Shown here one piece after another: positions 21,883-34,419 of a stretch of DNA of 64,000 nucleotides. The stretch lies in assembly GCF_054482595.1 (NCBI RefSeq), contig NZ_CM137008.1, one strand, 5' to 3'. The notes under the pieces are model-generated. The model saw only the letters and a list, made by a program, of their open reading frames with translations, ran no database searches and was not told where the DNA came from. The translations under genes were made by a program, and so were the position numbers. The stretch's first letter is position 1, and each line of letters opens with the position of its first letter.

Positions 21883-23074
21883 CTACCTGCTGCTGCCGCT
21901 GATCTACCTGCTGGTTAACGTCAAAATCGCCCAGCTTGGCGAAAGTTTCCCCATCACTATCGTCACTTTTTTACCTGTCTTGTTACTGCTGTTTTTAGAA
22001 CGCATCAGCGTTAAAAAATTGATGATTGCCTTAGGGATTGGTGCGGGACTCACGGCGTTTAACTACCTGTTTGGTCAGTCGCTGGATGCCGGTAAATACG
22101 TCACTTCAACCATGCTGTTTGTCTATATTGTGATCATTATTGGCATGGTGTGGAGTATTCGTTTTAAAACAATTTCGCCACACAACCATCGCAAGATATT
22201 ACGTTTCTTTTATCTGGTGGTCGGGCTGGTGGTGGCGCTGGCGGCGGTGGAGATGGCACAAATTATCCTCACCGGTGGCAGCAGTATTATGGAGTCGATT
22301 TCGAAATATCTGATTTACAGCAACAGCTATGTGCTGAATTTCATTAAATTCGGCGGCAAGCGCACGACAGCACTTTATTTCGAACCGGCATTTTTCGCTC
22401 TGGCATTAATCTCAATTTGGCTCAGCATCAAACAGTTTGGTATCAAAACGCCTAAAACAGATGCTATGATTCTCGCAGGGATAATATTATCCGGATCGTT
22501 TTCAGGGGTTATGACCTTTATCCTGTTTTATTTGCTGGAGTGGGCATTTCAATATCTGAATAAAGAGGCGATTAAGAAAAAGTTACCGTTAGCATTGATT
22601 TCTCTGGCTGTATTCCTGGTTGGTGTGGTAATCGCGTTTCCTTATATTTCCACCCGTCTGGGCGATTTAGGTACGGAAGGATCGTCATCATATTATCGTA
22701 TTGTCGGTCCGCTGGTGATGGTCGGTTATTCTTTGACCCATATTGACGGTGTAGTCAGATTTGGCTCACTTTATGAATATGTCGCATCATTCGGAATATT
22801 TAACGGTGCGGATGTCGGAAAAACCATAGACAATGGTTTGTATCTGCTGATTATTTATTTTTCCTGGTTCGCAGTGTTTTTATCGCTGTGGTACATGGGG
22901 AAAGTGATAAAAATGATGATCAACGCTTTTGGTGATAACCGCAATTTTCGCGTGCAATTATATCTTTTTACTCCGGTGTCGCTGTTTTTTACCGGTTCGA
23001 TATTTAGCCCGGAATATGCATTTTTAATCGTCTGTCCGTTTATTTTGCGAAAAGCGTTAAATATTACGAGGTAA
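21857..23074 (+). CDS. wcaD: Colanic acid polymerase (Wzy-like)
   Basis: 405 aa from ATG at 21857 preceded by GGAGG; polytopic membrane protein; overlaps wcaC 3' end. Confidence 0.9.
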   Translation: MSTSIRICSYLLLPLIYLLVNVKIAQLGESFPITIVTFLPVLLLLFLERISVKKLMIALGIGAGLTAFNYLFGQSLDAGKYVTSTMLFVYIVIIIGMVWSIRFKTISPHNHRKILRFFYLVVGLVVALAAVEMAQIILTGGSSIMESISKYLIYSNSYVLNFIKFGGKRTTALYFEPAFFALALISIWLSIKQFGIKTPKTDAMILAGIILSGSFSGVMTFILFYLLEWAFQYLNKEAIKKKLPLALISLAVFLVGVVIAFPYISTRLGDLGTEGSSSYYRIVGPLVMVGYSLTHIDGVVRFGSLYEYVASFGIFNGADVGKTIDNGLYLLIIYFSWFAVFLSLWYMGKVIKMMINAFGDNRNFRVQLYLFTPVSLFFTGSIFSPEYAFLIVCPFILRKALNITR

Positions 23075-23084
23075 GAATAAGAAC

Positions 23085-23831
23085 ATGTTGCTTAGCATAA
23101 TCACTGTCGCGTTTCGTAACCTCGAAGGGATAGTCAAAACACATGCCTCGCTGGCGCATCTGGCGCAGGCGGAAGATATCAGCTTCGAATGGATTGTTGT
23201 CGATGGCGGTTCCAATGACGGCACCCGTGAGTATCTGGAAAATCTCAATGGTATCTATAACCTACGCTTTGTCAGCGAGCCAGATAACGGTATCTACGAC
23301 GCCATGAACAAAGGCATTACGATGGCACAAGGCAAGTTCGCGTTGTTTCTCAATTCGGGCGATATTTTTCATCAGGATGCCGCAAATTTTGTCCGTAAGT
23401 TAAAAATGCAAAAAGATAACATGATGATCACCGGCGATGCGCTGCTGGATTTTGGCGACGGGCATAAAATTAAACGTAGCGCCAAACCGGGCTGGTATAT
23501 TTATCACAGCCTGCCCGCCAGTCATCAGGCGATATTTTTCCCTGTATCCGGCTTGAAAAAATGGCGTTATGACCTGGAATATAAAGTTTCTTCCGACTAC
23601 GCGCTGGCAGCCAAAATGTATAAAGCCGGTTATGCATTTAAAAAACTCAATGGCCTGGTGTCTGAATTTTCCATGGGTGGGGTATCTACCACCAATAATA
23701 TGGAATTGTGCGCGGACGCCAAAAAAGTCCAACGGCAAATATTACATGTGTCTGGCTTCTGGGTTGAATTATCCTGGCATTTACGCCAGCGCACGACGGG
23801 TAAGACTAAAGCCTTATATAACAAAGTCTGA
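23085..23831 (+). CDS. wcaE: Colanic acid glycosyltransferase (GT2)
   Basis: 248-aa ORF, GT2 motifs ([10 protein letters not shown]). Confidence 0.9.
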   Translation: MLLSIITVAFRNLEGIVKTHASLAHLAQAEDISFEWIVVDGGSNDGTREYLENLNGIYNLRFVSEPDNGIYDAMNKGITMAQGKFALFLNSGDIFHQDAANFVRKLKMQKDNMMITGDALLDFGDGHKIKRSAKPGWYIYHSLPASHQAIFFPVSGLKKWRYDLEYKVSSDYALAAKMYKAGYAFKKLNGLVSEFSMGGVSTTNNMELCADAKKVQRQILHVSGFWVELSWHLRQRTTGKTKALYNKV

Positions 23832-23846
23832 ATATAAGGAATACCA

Positions 23847-24395
23847 ATGCAAGATTTAAGCGGTTTCTCGGTGCCGAAAGGATTCCGGGGCGGCAACGCT
23901 ATTAAAGTGCAATTATGGTGGGCAGTACAGGCAACAATATTTGCCTGGTCGCCACAAGTATTGTATCGCTGGCGGGCATTTTTATTACGTTTATTCGGGG
24001 CAAAAATAGGAAATAACGTAGTTATTCGTCCGTCAGTAAAAATTACCTATCCGTGGAAATTAACCTTAGGTGATTACGCGTGGGTCGGCGATGACGTCAA
24101 TTTATATACCCTCGGTGAAATAACCATTGGCGCACATTCGGTGATATCGCAAAAAAGTTATTTATGCACCGGGAGCCACGACCATGCAAGTCAACATTTC
24201 ACCATAAACGCCACGCCCATTGTGATTGGCGAGAAATGCTGGCTGGCAACCGATGTTTTTGTTGCTCCTGGCGTCACGATCGGCGACGGCACCGTCGTGG
24301 GTGCGCGAAGCAGTGTTTTTAAATCGCTTCCGGCAAATAGAGTTTGTCGGGGGAATCCCGCAGTGGTGATACGCGAACGCGTTGAAACTGAATAA
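23847..24395 (+). CDS. wcaF: Colanic acid acetyltransferase (hexapeptide repeat)
   Basis: 182-aa ORF with hexapeptide repeats. Confidence 0.9.
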   Translation: MQDLSGFSVPKGFRGGNAIKVQLWWAVQATIFAWSPQVLYRWRAFLLRLFGAKIGNNVVIRPSVKITYPWKLTLGDYAWVGDDVNLYTLGEITIGAHSVISQKSYLCTGSHDHASQHFTINATPIVIGEKCWLATDVFVAPGVTIGDGTVVGARSSVFKSLPANRVCRGNPAVVIRERVETE

Positions 24396-24421
24396 ATTCA
24401 AAAAATACAGAGGAATAAGAC

Positions 24422-25543
24422 ATGTCAAAAGTCGCTCTCATCACCGGTGTAACCGGACAAGACGGTTCTTACCTGGCAGAGTTTCTGCTGGAAAAAGGTT
24501 ACGAGGTGCATGGTATTAAGCGTCGTGCATCGTCATTCAACACCGAGCGCGTGGATCATATTTATCAGGATCCGCATACCTGTAACCCGAAATTCCATCT
24601 GCATTATGGCGACCTGAGTGATACCTCCAACCTGACGCGTATTTTGCGTGAAGTGCAGCCGGATGAAGTGTACAACCTGGGCGCAATGAGCCACGTTGCG
24701 GTTTCTTTTGAGTCACCGGAATATACCGCTGACGTCGACGCGATGGGTACGCTGCGCCTGCTCGAGGCGATCCGCTTCCTCGGTCTGGAAAAGAAAACCC
24801 GTTTCTATCAGGCTTCCACCTCTGAACTGTATGGTCTGGTGCAGGAAATTCCGCAGAAAGAAACCACGCCGTTCTACCCGCGATCTCCGTATGCGGTCGC
24901 CAAACTGTACGCCTACTGGATCACCGTTAACTACCGCGAATCCTACGGCATGTACGCCTGCAACGGTATTCTCTTCAACCATGAATCCCCGCGCCGTGGC
25001 GAAACCTTCGTTACCCGCAAAATAACCCGCGCAATCGCCAACATCGCCCAGGGGCTGGAGTCGTGCCTGTACCTCGGCAATATGGATTCCCTGCGTGACT
25101 GGGGCCACGCCAAAGACTACGTAAAAATGCAGTGGATGATGCTGCAACAGGAACAGCCAGAAGATTTCGTTATTGCTACCGGCGTTCAGTACTCCGTGCG
25201 TCAGTTCGTAGAAATGGCGGCAGCACAGCTGGGCATCAAACTGCGCTTTGAAGGCACGGGCGTTGAAGAGAAGGGCATTGTGGTTTCCGTCACCGGGCAT
25301 GACGCGCCGGGCGTTAAACCGGGTGATGTGATTATCGCTGTTGACCCGCGTTACTTCCGTCCGGCTGAAGTTGAAACGCTGCTCGGCGACCCGACCAAAG
25401 CGCACGAAAAACTGGGCTGGAAACCGGAAATCACCCTCAGAGAGATGGTGTCTGAAATGGTGGCTAATGACCTCGAAGCGGCGAAAAAACACTCTCTGCT
25501 GAAATCTCACGGCTACGACGTGGCGATCGCGCTGGAGTCATAA
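24422..25543 (+). CDS. gmd: GDP-mannose 4,6-dehydratase
   Basis: 373-aa ORF; Rossmann [13 protein letters not shown] catalytic YAVAK. Confidence 0.95.
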
Positions 25544-25545
25544 GC

Positions 25546-26511
25546 ATGAGTAAACAACGAGTTTTTATTGCTGGTCATCGCGGGATGGTCGGTTCCGCCA
25601 TCAAGCGACAGCTCGAACAGCGCGGTGATGTGGAGCTGGTATTACGCACCCGCGATGAACTGAACCTGCTGGACAGCCGCGCGGTGCATGATTTCTTTGC
25701 CAGCGAAAGCATTGACCAGGTCTATCTGGCGGCGGCGAAAGTGGGCGGCATTGTTGCCAACAACACGTATCCGGCGGATTTCATCTACCAGAACATGATG
25801 ATTGAGAGCAACATCATTCACGCCGCGCATCAGAACGACGTGAACAAACTGCTGTTTCTCGGATCGTCCTGTATCTACCCGAAACTGGCAAAACAGCCGA
25901 TGGCAGAAAGCGAGTTATTGCAGGGCACGCTGGAGCCGACCAACGAGCCTTATGCCATTGCCAAAATTGCCGGGATCAAACTGTGCGAATCTTACAACCG
26001 CCAGTACGGACGCGATTACCGCTCAGTCATGCCGACCAACCTGTATGGCCCGCATGACAACTTCCACCCGAGTAATTCGCATGTGATCCCAGCATTGTTG
26101 CGTCGCTTCCACGAGGCGACGGCACAGAATGCGCCGGACGTTGTGGTATGGGGCAGCGGTACACCGATGCGTGAATTCCTGCACGTCGATGATATGGCGG
26201 CGGCCAGCATTCACGTGATGGAGCTGGCGCACGAAGTCTGGCTGGAGAACACCCAGCCGATGCTGTCGCACATTAACGTCGGTACCGGTGTTGACTGCAC
26301 TATCCGCGAGCTGGCGCAAACCATCGCCAAAGTGGTGGATTACAAAGGTCGGGTGGTTTTTGATGCCAGCAAGCCGGATGGTACGCCGCGCAAACTGCTG
26401 GATGTGACGCGCCTGCATCAGCTTGGCTGGTATCACGAAATCTCACTGGAAGCGGGGCTTGCCAGCACTTACCAGTGGTTCCTTGAGAATCGAGACCGCT
26501 TTCGGGGGTAA
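25546..26511 (+). CDS. fcl: GDP-L-fucose synthase
   Basis: 321-aa [15 protein letters not shown](P)-binding motif. Confidence 0.95.
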   Translation: MSKQRVFIAGHRGMVGSAIKRQLEQRGDVELVLRTRDELNLLDSRAVHDFFASESIDQVYLAAAKVGGIVANNTYPADFIYQNMMIESNIIHAAHQNDVNKLLFLGSSCIYPKLAKQPMAESELLQGTLEPTNEPYAIAKIAGIKLCESYNRQYGRDYRSVMPTNLYGPHDNFHPSNSHVIPALLRRFHEATAQNAPDVVVWGSGTPMREFLHVDDMAAASIHVMELAHEVWLENTQPMLSHINVGTGVDCTIRELAQTIAKVVDYKGRVVFDASKPDGTPRKLLDVTRLHQLGWYHEISLEAGLASTYQWFLENRDRFRG

Positions 26512-26513
26512 TG

Positions 26514-26993
26514 ATGTTTTTACGTCAGGAAGACTTTGCCACGGTAGTGCGCTCCACACCGCTTGTCTCTCTCGACTTTATTGCCGAGAACAGTCGCGGC
26601 GAGTTTCTGCTTGGCAAAAGAACCAACCGCCCGGCGCAGGGTTACTGGTTTGTGCCGGGAGGGCGCGTGCAGAAAGACGAAACGCTGGAAGCCGCATTTG
26701 AGCGGCTGACGATGGCGGAACTGGGGCTGCGTCTGCCGATAACAGCAGGCCAGTTTTACGGTGTCTGGCAGCACTTTTATGACGATAACTTCTCTGGCAC
26801 GGATTTCACCACTCACTATGTGGTGCTCGGTTTTCGCTTCAGAGTCGCTGAAGAAGATCTGATACTGCCGGATGAGCAGCATGACGATTACCGCTGGCTG
26901 ACGCCGGACGCGCTGCTCGCCAGTAACGATGTTCACGCTAACAGCCGCGCCTATTTTCTCGCTGAGAAGCGTGCCGGAGTACCCGGATTATGA
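26514..26993 (+). CDS. gmm: GDP-mannose mannosyl hydrolase (Nudix)
   Basis: 159 aa from second ATG (MFLRQEDF...); Nudix-type fold; start overlaps fcl stop. Confidence 0.9.
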   Translation: MFLRQEDFATVVRSTPLVSLDFIAENSRGEFLLGKRTNRPAQGYWFVPGGRVQKDETLEAAFERLTMAELGLRLPITAGQFYGVWQHFYDDNFSGTDFTTHYVVLGFRFRVAEEDLILPDEQHDDYRWLTPDALLASNDVHANSRAYFLAEKRAGVPGL

Positions 26994-28213
26994 AAATACT
27001 GGTCTACGGCATTAACTACTCGCCGGAGTTAACCGGTATCGGCAAATACACCGGCGAGATGGTGGAATGGCTGGCGGCGCAAGGTCATGAGGTGCGGGTT
27101 ATTACCGCACCGCCTTACTACCCGCAGTGGCAGGTGGGCGAGAACTATTCCGCCTGGCGCTACAAACGAGAAGAGGGGGCCGCCACGGTGTGGCGCTGCC
27201 CGCTGTACGTGCCAAAACAGCCGAGCACCCTGAAACGCTTGTTGCATCTCGGCAGTTTTGCCGTCAGCAGTTTTTTCCCGTTGATGGCGCAACGTCGCTG
27301 GAAGCCGGATCGCATTATCGGCGTGGTGCCAACGCTGTTTTGCACGCCGGGAATGCGCCTGCTGGCGAAACTCTCTGGTGCACGTACCGTGCTGCATATT
27401 CAGGATTACGAAGTGGACGCCATGCTGGGGCTGGGCCTTGCCGGAAAAGGCAAAGGCGGCAAAGTGGCACAGCTGGCAACGGCGTTCGAACGTAGCGGAC
27501 TGCATAACGTCGATAACGTCTCCACGATTTCGCGTTCGATGATGAATAAAGCCATCGAAAAAGGCGTGGCGGTGGATAACATCATTTTCTTCCCCAACTG
27601 GTCGGAAATCGCCCGTTTTCAGCATGTTGCAGACGCCGATGTTGATGCCCTTCGTAACCAGCTTGGCCTGCCGGATAACAAAAAAATCATTCTTTACTCC
27701 GGCAATATTGGTGAAAAGCAGGGACTGGAAAACGTTATTGAAGCTGCCGATCGCCTGCGCGATGAACCGCTGATTTTTGCCATTGTCGGGCAGGGCGGCG
27801 GCAAAGCGCGGCTGGAAAAAATGGCGCAGCAGCGTGGACTGCGCAACATGCAATTTTTCCCGCTGCAATCGTATGACGCTTTACCCGCACTGCTGAAGAT
27901 GGGCGATTGCCATCTGGTGGTGCAAAAACGCGGCGCGGCAGATGCCGTATTGCCGTCGAAACTGACCAATATTCTGGCAGTAGGTGGTAACGCGGTGATT
28001 ACCGCAGAGGCCCACACAGAACTGGGGCAGCTTTGCGAAACCTTTCGGGGCATTGCGGTTTGCGTAGAACCGGAATCGGTCGAGGCGCTGGTGGCGGGGA
28101 TCCGTCAGGCGCTTCTGTTGCCCAAACACAACACGGTGGCACGTGAATATGCCGAACGCACGCTCGATAAAGAGAACGTGTTACGTCAATTTATAAATGA
28201 TATTCGGGGATAA
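26990..28213 (+). CDS. wcaI: Colanic acid glycosyltransferase (GT1)
   Basis: 407-aa ORF matching WcaI. Confidence 0.9.
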   Translation: MKILVYGINYSPELTGIGKYTGEMVEWLAAQGHEVRVITAPPYYPQWQVGENYSAWRYKREEGAATVWRCPLYVPKQPSTLKRLLHLGSFAVSSFFPLMAQRRWKPDRIIGVVPTLFCTPGMRLLAKLSGARTVLHIQDYEVDAMLGLGLAGKGKGGKVAQLATAFERSGLHNVDNVSTISRSMMNKAIEKGVAVDNIIFFPNWSEIARFQHVADADVDALRNQLGLPDNKKIILYSGNIGEKQGLENVIEAADRLRDEPLIFAIVGQGGGKARLEKMAQQRGLRNMQFFPLQSYDALPALLKMGDCHLVVQKRGAADAVLPSKLTNILAVGGNAVITAEAHTELGQLCETFRGIAVCVEPESVEALVAGIRQALLLPKHNTVAREYAERTLDKENVLRQFINDIRG

Positions 28214-28215
28214 TT

Positions 28216-29652
28216 ATGGCGCAGTCGAAACTCTATCCAGTTGTGATGGCAGGTGGCTCCGGTAGCCGCTTATGGCCGCTTTCCCGCGTACTTTACCCCA
28301 AGCAGTTTTTATGCCTGAAAGGCGATCTCACCATGCTGCAAACCACCATCTGCCGCCTGAACGGCGTGGAGTGCGAAAGCCCGGTGGTGATTTGCAATGA
28401 GCAGCACCGCTTTATTGTCGCGGAACAGTTGCGTCAACTGAATAAACTTACCGAGAACATTATTCTCGAACCGGCAGGGCGTAACACTGCACCTGCCATT
28501 GCGTTGGCGGCGCTGGCGGCAAAACGTCATAGCCCGGAGAGCGACCCGTTAATGCTGGTGCTGGCGGCGGATCATGTGATTGCCGATGAAGACGCGTTCC
28601 GTGCCGCCGTGCGTAATGCCATGCCATATGCCGAAGCGGGCAAGCTGGTGACCTTCGGCATTGTGCCGGATCTACCTGAAACCGGATATGGCTATATTCG
28701 TCGCGGTGAAGTGTCTGCGGGTGAGCAGGATACGGTGGCCTTTGAAGTGGCGCAGTTTGTCGAAAAACCGAATCTGGAAACCGCCCAGGCCTATGTGGCA
28801 AGCGGCGAATATTACTGGAACAGCGGTATGTTCCTGTTCCGCGCCGGACGCTATCTCGAAGAACTGAAAAAATATCGCCCGGATATTCTCGATGCCTGTG
28901 AAAAAGCGATGAGCGCCGTCGATCCGGATCTTGATTTTATTCGTGTGGATGAAGAAGCGTTTCTCGCCTGCCCGGAAGAGTCGGTGGATTACGCGGTCAT
29001 GGAACGTACGGCAGATGCTGTTGTGGTGCCGATGGATGCGGGCTGGAGCGATGTTGGTTCCTGGTCTTCATTATGGGAGATCAGCGCCCACACCGCCGAG
29101 GGCAACGTTTGCCACGGCGATGTGATTAATCACAAAACTGAAAACAGCTATGTGTACGCCGAATCTGGCCTGGTCACCACCGTCGGGGTGAAAGATCTGG
29201 TAGTGGTGCAGACCAAAGATGCGGTGCTGATTGCCGACCGTAACGCGGTGCAGGATGTGAAAAAAGTGGTCGAGCAGATCAAAGCCGATGGTCGCCATGA
29301 GCATCGGGTGCATCGCGAAGTGTATCGTCCGTGGGGCAAATATGACTCTATCGACGCGGGCGACCGCTACCAGGTGAAACGCATCACCGTGAAACCGGGC
29401 GAGGGCTTGTCGGTACAGATGCACCATCACCGCGCGGAACACTGGGTAGTGGTCGCGGGAACGGCAAAAGTCACCATTGATGGTGATATCAAACTGCTTG
29501 GTGAAAACGAGTCCATTTATATTCCGCTGGGGGCGACGCACTGCCTGGAAAATCCGGGGAAAATTCCGCTCGATTTAATTGAAGTGCGCTCCGGCTCTTA
29601 TCTCGAAGAGGATGATGTGGTGCGCTTCGCGGATCGCTACGGACGGGTGTAA
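28216..29652 (+). CDS. cpsB: Mannose-1-phosphate guanylyltransferase
   Basis: 478-aa ORF; nucleotidyltransferase [11 protein letters not shown] motif plus C-terminal cupin. Confidence 0.95.
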   Translation: MAQSKLYPVVMAGGSGSRLWPLSRVLYPKQFLCLKGDLTMLQTTICRLNGVECESPVVICNEQHRFIVAEQLRQLNKLTENIILEPAGRNTAPAIALAALAAKRHSPESDPLMLVLAADHVIADEDAFRAAVRNAMPYAEAGKLVTFGIVPDLPETGYGYIRRGEVSAGEQDTVAFEVAQFVEKPNLETAQAYVASGEYYWNSGMFLFRAGRYLEELKKYRPDILDACEKAMSAVDPDLDFIRVDEEAFLACPEESVDYAVMERTADAVVVPMDAGWSDVGSWSSLWEISAHTAEGNVCHGDVINHKTENSYVYAESGLVTTVGVKDLVVVQTKDAVLIADRNAVQDVKKVVEQIKADGRHEHRVHREVYRPWGKYDSIDAGDRYQVKRITVKPGEGLSVQMHHHRAEHWVVVAGTAKVTIDGDIKLLGENESIYIPLGATHCLENPGKIPLDLIEVRSGSYLEEDDVVRFADRYGRV

Positions 29653-29653
29653 A

Positions 29654-29755
<102 letters not shown>

Positions 29756-29844
29756 ATGAATGCGAAACCGAGATGTAAATAACGACAAAAACAAAATTGG
29801 CCGTTTCGGTCAGGGCCAACTATTGCCTGAAAAAGGGTAACGAC

Positions 29845-31215
29845 ATGAAAAAATTAACCTGCTTTAAAGCCTATGATATTCGCGGGAAATTAGGCGAAGA
29901 ACTGAATGAAGATATCGCCTGGCGCATTGGTCGCGCCTATGGCGAATTTCTCAAACCGAAAACCATTGTGTTAGGCGGTGATGTCCGTCTCACCAGCGAA
30001 ACCTTAAAACTGGCGCTGGCAAAAGGTTTACAGGATGCGGGCGTTGACGTGCTGGATATCGGTATGTCCGGCACCGAAGAGATCTATTTCGCCACGTTCC
30101 ATCTCGGCGTGGATGGCGGCATTGAAGTCACCGCCAGCCATAATCCGATGGATTATAACGGCATGAAGCTGGTGCGCGAAGGGGCTCGCCCGATCAGCGG
30201 TGATACCGGACTGCGCGATGTCCAGCGCCTGGCTGAAGCCAACGACTTTCCTCCCGTCGATGAAACCAAACGCGGTCGCTATCAGCAAATCAACCTGCGT
30301 GACGCTTACGTTGATCACCTGTTCGGTTATATCAATGTCAAAAATCTCACGCCGCTCAAGCTGGTGATCAACTCCGGGAATGGCGCAGCGGGTCCGGTGG
30401 TGGACGCCATTGAAGCCCGCTTTAAAGCCCTCGGCGCGCCCGTGGAATTAATCAAAGTACACAACACACCGGACGGCAATTTCCCCAACGGTATTCCTAA
30501 CCCGCTGCTACCGGAATGTCGCGACGACACCCGCAATGCGGTCATCAAACACGGCGCGGATATGGGCATTGCCTTTGATGGCGATTTTGACCGCTGTTTC
30601 CTGTTTGACGAAAAAGGGCTGTTTATCGAGGGCTATTACATTGTCGGCCTGCTGGCAGAAGCATTCCTCGAAAAAAATCCCGGCGCGAAGATCATCCACG
30701 ATCCACGTCTCTCCTGGAACACCGTTGATGTGGTGACTGCCGCAGGTGGCACGCCGGTAATGTCGAAAACCGGACACGCCTTTATTAAAGAACGTATGCG
30801 CAAGGAGGACGCCATCTACGGTGGCGAAATGAGCGCTCACCATTACTTCCGTGATTTCGCTTACTGCGACAGCGGCATGATCCCGTGGCTACTGGTAGCC
30901 GAACTGGTGTGCCTGAAAGAGAAAACGCTGGGCGAACTGGTACGCGACCGGATGGTGGCGTTTCCGGCAAGCGGTGAGATCAACAGCAAACTGGCGCAAC
31001 CCGCTGAGGCGATTAACCGCGTGGAACAGCATTTTAGCCGTGAGGCGCTGGCGGTGGATCGTACCGATGGCATCAGTATGACCTTTGCCGACTGGCGTTT
31101 TAACCTGCGCTCCTCCAACACCGAACCGGTGGTGCGGTTGAATGTGGAATCGCGCGGTGATGTGCCGCTGATGGAAGCGCGAACGCGAACTCTGCTGACG
31201 TTGCTGAACGAGTAA
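29845..31215 (+). CDS. cpsG: Phosphomannomutase
   Basis: 456 aa from ATG at 29845 ([14 protein letters not shown]); active-site TASHNP. Confidence 0.95.
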   Translation: MKKLTCFKAYDIRGKLGEELNEDIAWRIGRAYGEFLKPKTIVLGGDVRLTSETLKLALAKGLQDAGVDVLDIGMSGTEEIYFATFHLGVDGGIEVTASHNPMDYNGMKLVREGARPISGDTGLRDVQRLAEANDFPPVDETKRGRYQQINLRDAYVDHLFGYINVKNLTPLKLVINSGNGAAGPVVDAIEARFKALGAPVELIKVHNTPDGNFPNGIPNPLLPECRDDTRNAVIKHGADMGIAFDGDFDRCFLFDEKGLFIEGYYIVGLLAEAFLEKNPGAKIIHDPRLSWNTVDVVTAAGGTPVMSKTGHAFIKERMRKEDAIYGGEMSAHHYFRDFAYCDSGMIPWLLVAELVCLKEKTLGELVRDRMVAFPASGEINSKLAQPAEAINRVEQHFSREALAVDRTDGISMTFADWRFNLRSSNTEPVVRLNVESRGDVPLMEARTRTLLTLLNE

Positions 31216-31269
31216 TGTCGGATCTTCCCTTACCCCACTGCGGGTAAGGGGCTAATAACAGGAACAACG

Positions 31270-32664
31270 ATGACAAATCTAAAAAAGCGCGAGCGAGCGA
31301 AAACCAATGCATCGTTAATCTCTATGGTGCAACGCTTTTCAGATATCACCATCATGTTTGCCGGACTATGGCTGGTTTGCGAAGTGAGCGGCCTGTCATT
31401 CCTCTACATGCACCTGTTGGTGGCACTGATTACGCTGGTGGTGTTCCAGATGCTGGGCGGCATCACCGATTTTTATCGCTCATGGCGCGGTGTTCGGGCA
31501 GCGACAGAATTTGCTCTGTTGCTACAAAACTGGACGTTAAGCGTGATTTTCAGCGCCGGACTGGTGGCGTTCAACAATGATTTCGACACGCAACTGAAAA
31601 TCTGGCTGGCGTGGTATGGGCTGACCAGCATCGGACTGGTGGTTTGCCGTTCATGTATTCGTATTGGGGCGGGCTGGCTGCGTAATCATGGCTATAACAA
31701 GCGCATGGTCGCCGTAGCGGGGGATTTAGCCGCCGGACAAATGCTGATGGAGAGCTTCCGTAATCAGCCGTGGTTAGGGTTTGAAGTGGTGGGGGTTTAC
31801 CACGACCCGAAACCGGGCGGCGTTTCTAACGACTGGGCGGGTAACCTGCAACAGCTGGTCGAGGATGCTAAAGCGGGTAAGATTCATAACGTCTATATCG
31901 CGATGCAAATGTGCGACGGCGCGCGAGTGAAAAAACTGGTCCATCAACTGGCGGACACCACCTGTTCGGTGCTGCTGATCCCCGATGTCTTTACCTTCAA
32001 CATTCTCCATTCACGTCTCGAAGAGATGAACGGCGTTCCGGTGGTGCCGCTGTATGACACGCCGCTTTCCGGGGTTAACCGCCTGCTAAAACGTGCGGAA
32101 GACATTGTGCTGGCGACGCTGATCTTGCTGCTGATCTCCCCGGTGCTGTGCTGTATTGCGCTGGCGGTGAAACTCAGTTCACCTGGGCCGGTTATTTTCC
32201 GCCAGACTCGCTATGGCATGGATGGCAAGCCGATCAAAGTGTGGAAGTTCCGTTCCATGAAAGTGATGGAGAACGACAAAGTGGTGACTCAGGCGACGCA
32301 GAACGATCCGCGCGTCACCAAAGTGGGGAACTTTCTGCGCCGCACCTCGCTGGATGAACTGCCGCAGTTTATCAATGTGCTGACCGGGGGGATGTCGATT
32401 GTCGGTCCACGTCCGCACGCAGTAGCGCATAACGAACAGTATCGCCAGCTCATTGAAGGCTACATGCTGCGCCACAAAGTGAAACCGGGCATTACCGGCT
32501 GGGCGCAGATTAATGGCTGGCGCGGCGAAACCGACACGCTGGAGAAAATGGAAAAACGCGTCGAGTTCGACCTTGAGTACATCCGCGAATGGAGCGTCTG
32601 GTTCGATATCAAAATCGTTTTCCTGACGGTGTTCAAAGGTTTCGTTAACAAAGCGGCATATTGA
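31270..32664 (+). CDS. wcaJ: UDP-glucose:undecaprenyl-phosphate glucose-1-phosphate transferase
   Basis: 464-aa ORF; bacterial sugar transferase C-terminal domain (PRPHAVAHNEQY...GITGWAQINGWRG). Confidence 0.95.
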   Translation: MTNLKKRERAKTNASLISMVQRFSDITIMFAGLWLVCEVSGLSFLYMHLLVALITLVVFQMLGGITDFYRSWRGVRAATEFALLLQNWTLSVIFSAGLVAFNNDFDTQLKIWLAWYGLTSIGLVVCRSCIRIGAGWLRNHGYNKRMVAVAGDLAAGQMLMESFRNQPWLGFEVVGVYHDPKPGGVSNDWAGNLQQLVEDAKAGKIHNVYIAMQMCDGARVKKLVHQLADTTCSVLLIPDVFTFNILHSRLEEMNGVPVVPLYDTPLSGVNRLLKRAEDIVLATLILLLISPVLCCIALAVKLSSPGPVIFRQTRYGMDGKPIKVWKFRSMKVMENDKVVTQATQNDPRVTKVGNFLRRTSLDELPQFINVLTGGMSIVGPRPHAVAHNEQYRQLIEGYMLRHKVKPGITGWAQINGWRGETDTLEKMEKRVEFDLEYIREWSVWFDIKIVFLTVFKGFVNKAAY

Positions 32665-32665
32665 T

Positions 32666-34144
32666 ATGAGCTTACGTGAAAAAACCATCAGCGGCGCGAA
32701 GTGGTCGGCGATTGCCACGGTGATCATCATCGGCCTCGGGCTGGTGCAGATGACCGTGCTGGCGCGGATTATCGACAACCACCAGTTCGGCCTGCTGACT
32801 GTGTCGCTGGTGATTATCGCGCTGGCAGATACGCTTTCTGACTTCGGTATCGCTAACTCGATTATTCAGCGAAAAGAAATCAGTCACCTTGAACTCACCA
32901 CGTTGTACTGGCTGAACGTCGGGCTGGGGATCGTGGTGTGCGTGGCGGTGTTTTTGTTGAGTGATCTCATCGGCGACGTGCTGAATAACCCGGACCTGGC
33001 ACCGTTGATTAAAACATTGTCGCTGGCGTTTGTGGTGATCCCCCACGGGCAACAGTTCCGCGCGTTGATGCAGAAGGAGCTGGAGTTCAACAAAATCGGC
33101 ATGATCGAAACCAGCGCGGTGCTGGCGGGCTTCACTTTTACGGTGGTTAGCGCCCATTTCTGGCCGCTGGCGATGACCGCGATCCTCGGTTATCTGGTCA
33201 ATAGTGCGGTGAGAACGCTGCTGTTTGGCTACTTTGGTCGAAAAATTTATCGCCCCGGTCTGCATTTCTCGCTGGCGTCTGTGGCACCAAACTTACGTTT
33301 TGGTGCCTGGCTGACGGCGGACAGCATCATCAACTATCTCAATACCAACCTTTCAACGCTGGTGCTGGCGCGTATTCTCGGCGCGGGCGTGGCAGGGGGA
33401 TACAACCTGGCGTACAACGTGGCCGTTGTGCCGCCGATGAAGCTGAACCCAATCATCACCCGTGTGTTGTTTCCGGCGTTTGCCAAAATTCAGGACGATA
33501 CCGAAAAGCTGCGCGTCAACTTCTACAAGCTGCTGTCGGTGGTGGGGATTATCAACTTTCCGGCGCTGCTCGGGCTGATGGTGGTGTCAAATAACTTTGT
33601 ACCGCTGGTATTTGGCGAAAAGTGGAACAGCATTATTCCGGTGCTGCAATTGCTGTGTGTGGTGGGGCTACTGCGCTCCGTGGGTAACCCGATTGGTTCG
33701 CTGCTGATGGCGAAAGCGCGGGTCGATATCAGCTTTAAATTCAACGTATTCAAAACATTTCTGTTTATTCCGGCGATTGTTATTGGTGGGCAGATGGCGG
33801 GCGCAATCGGCGTCACGCTCGGTTTCCTGCTGGTGCAGATTATCAACACCATTCTGAGTTACTTCGTGATGATTAAACCGGTTCTTGGTTCCAGTTATCG
33901 CCAGTACATCCTGAGTTTGTGGCTGCCGTTTTATCTCTCGTTGCCGACGCTGGTGGTCAGTTATGCGCTGGGCATTGTGCTGAAAGGGCAACTGGCGCTG
34001 GGGATGCTGCTGGCGGTGCAAATAGCCGCGGGCGTGCTGGCGTTTGTGGTGATGATTGTGCTGTCGCGCCATCCGCTGGTGGTGGAAGTGAAGCGTCAGT
34101 TTTGTCGCAGCGAAAAAATGAAAATGCTTTTACGGGCGGGGTGA
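32666..34144 (+). CDS. wzxC: Colanic acid repeat-unit flippase (Wzx/PST family)
   Basis: 492-aa polytopic membrane ORF. Confidence 0.9.
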   Translation: MSLREKTISGAKWSAIATVIIIGLGLVQMTVLARIIDNHQFGLLTVSLVIIALADTLSDFGIANSIIQRKEISHLELTTLYWLNVGLGIVVCVAVFLLSDLIGDVLNNPDLAPLIKTLSLAFVVIPHGQQFRALMQKELEFNKIGMIETSAVLAGFTFTVVSAHFWPLAMTAILGYLVNSAVRTLLFGYFGRKIYRPGLHFSLASVAPNLRFGAWLTADSIINYLNTNLSTLVLARILGAGVAGGYNLAYNVAVVPPMKLNPIITRVLFPAFAKIQDDTEKLRVNFYKLLSVVGIINFPALLGLMVVSNNFVPLVFGEKWNSIIPVLQLLCVVGLLRSVGNPIGSLLMAKARVDISFKFNVFKTFLFIPAIVIGGQMAGAIGVTLGFLLVQIINTILSYFVMIKPVLGSSYRQYILSLWLPFYLSLPTLVVSYALGIVLKGQLALGMLLAVQIAAGVLAFVVMIVLSRHPLVVEVKRQFCRSEKMKMLLRAG

Positions 34145-34187
34145 GTTGTTGTTTTCGGTTCCGACAACGGTTGCCGGGTGCAGCGTA

Positions 34188-34358
34188 AAACGCCTTATCC
34201 ATCCTACGGTTCTGTGCTCGGGTCTTGTAGGCCTGATAAGACGCGTCAGCGTCGCATCAGGCACTGAATGCCGGATGCGGCGTGAACGCCTTATCCGGCC
34301 TACGGTTCTGTGCTCGGGTCTTGTAGGCCTGATAAGACGTGCCAGCGTCGCATCAGGC
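34188..34358. repeat. BIME: two near-identical ~72-bp REP-containing units in tandem
   Basis: Unit at 34191-34262 and unit at 34287-34358 differ at only a few positions. Confidence 0.75.
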
Positions 34359-34419
34359 AAAAAACGGCAACGAACACAACAAACACAGCCTCACCTGGCA
34401 TCAAATTTATGAGGAAAAA

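Noticed and set aside
24713-25510. 265-aa minus-strand ORF
   Set aside because: Antisense to gmd; no recognisable protein features
27029-27868. 279-aa minus-strand ORF
   Set aside because: Antisense to wcaI; rejected for the same reason
34130-34412. Small ORFs (76 and 88 aa) in the wzxC-wcaK gap
   Set aside because: They run through the REP/BIME palindromes; repeat sequence, not coding
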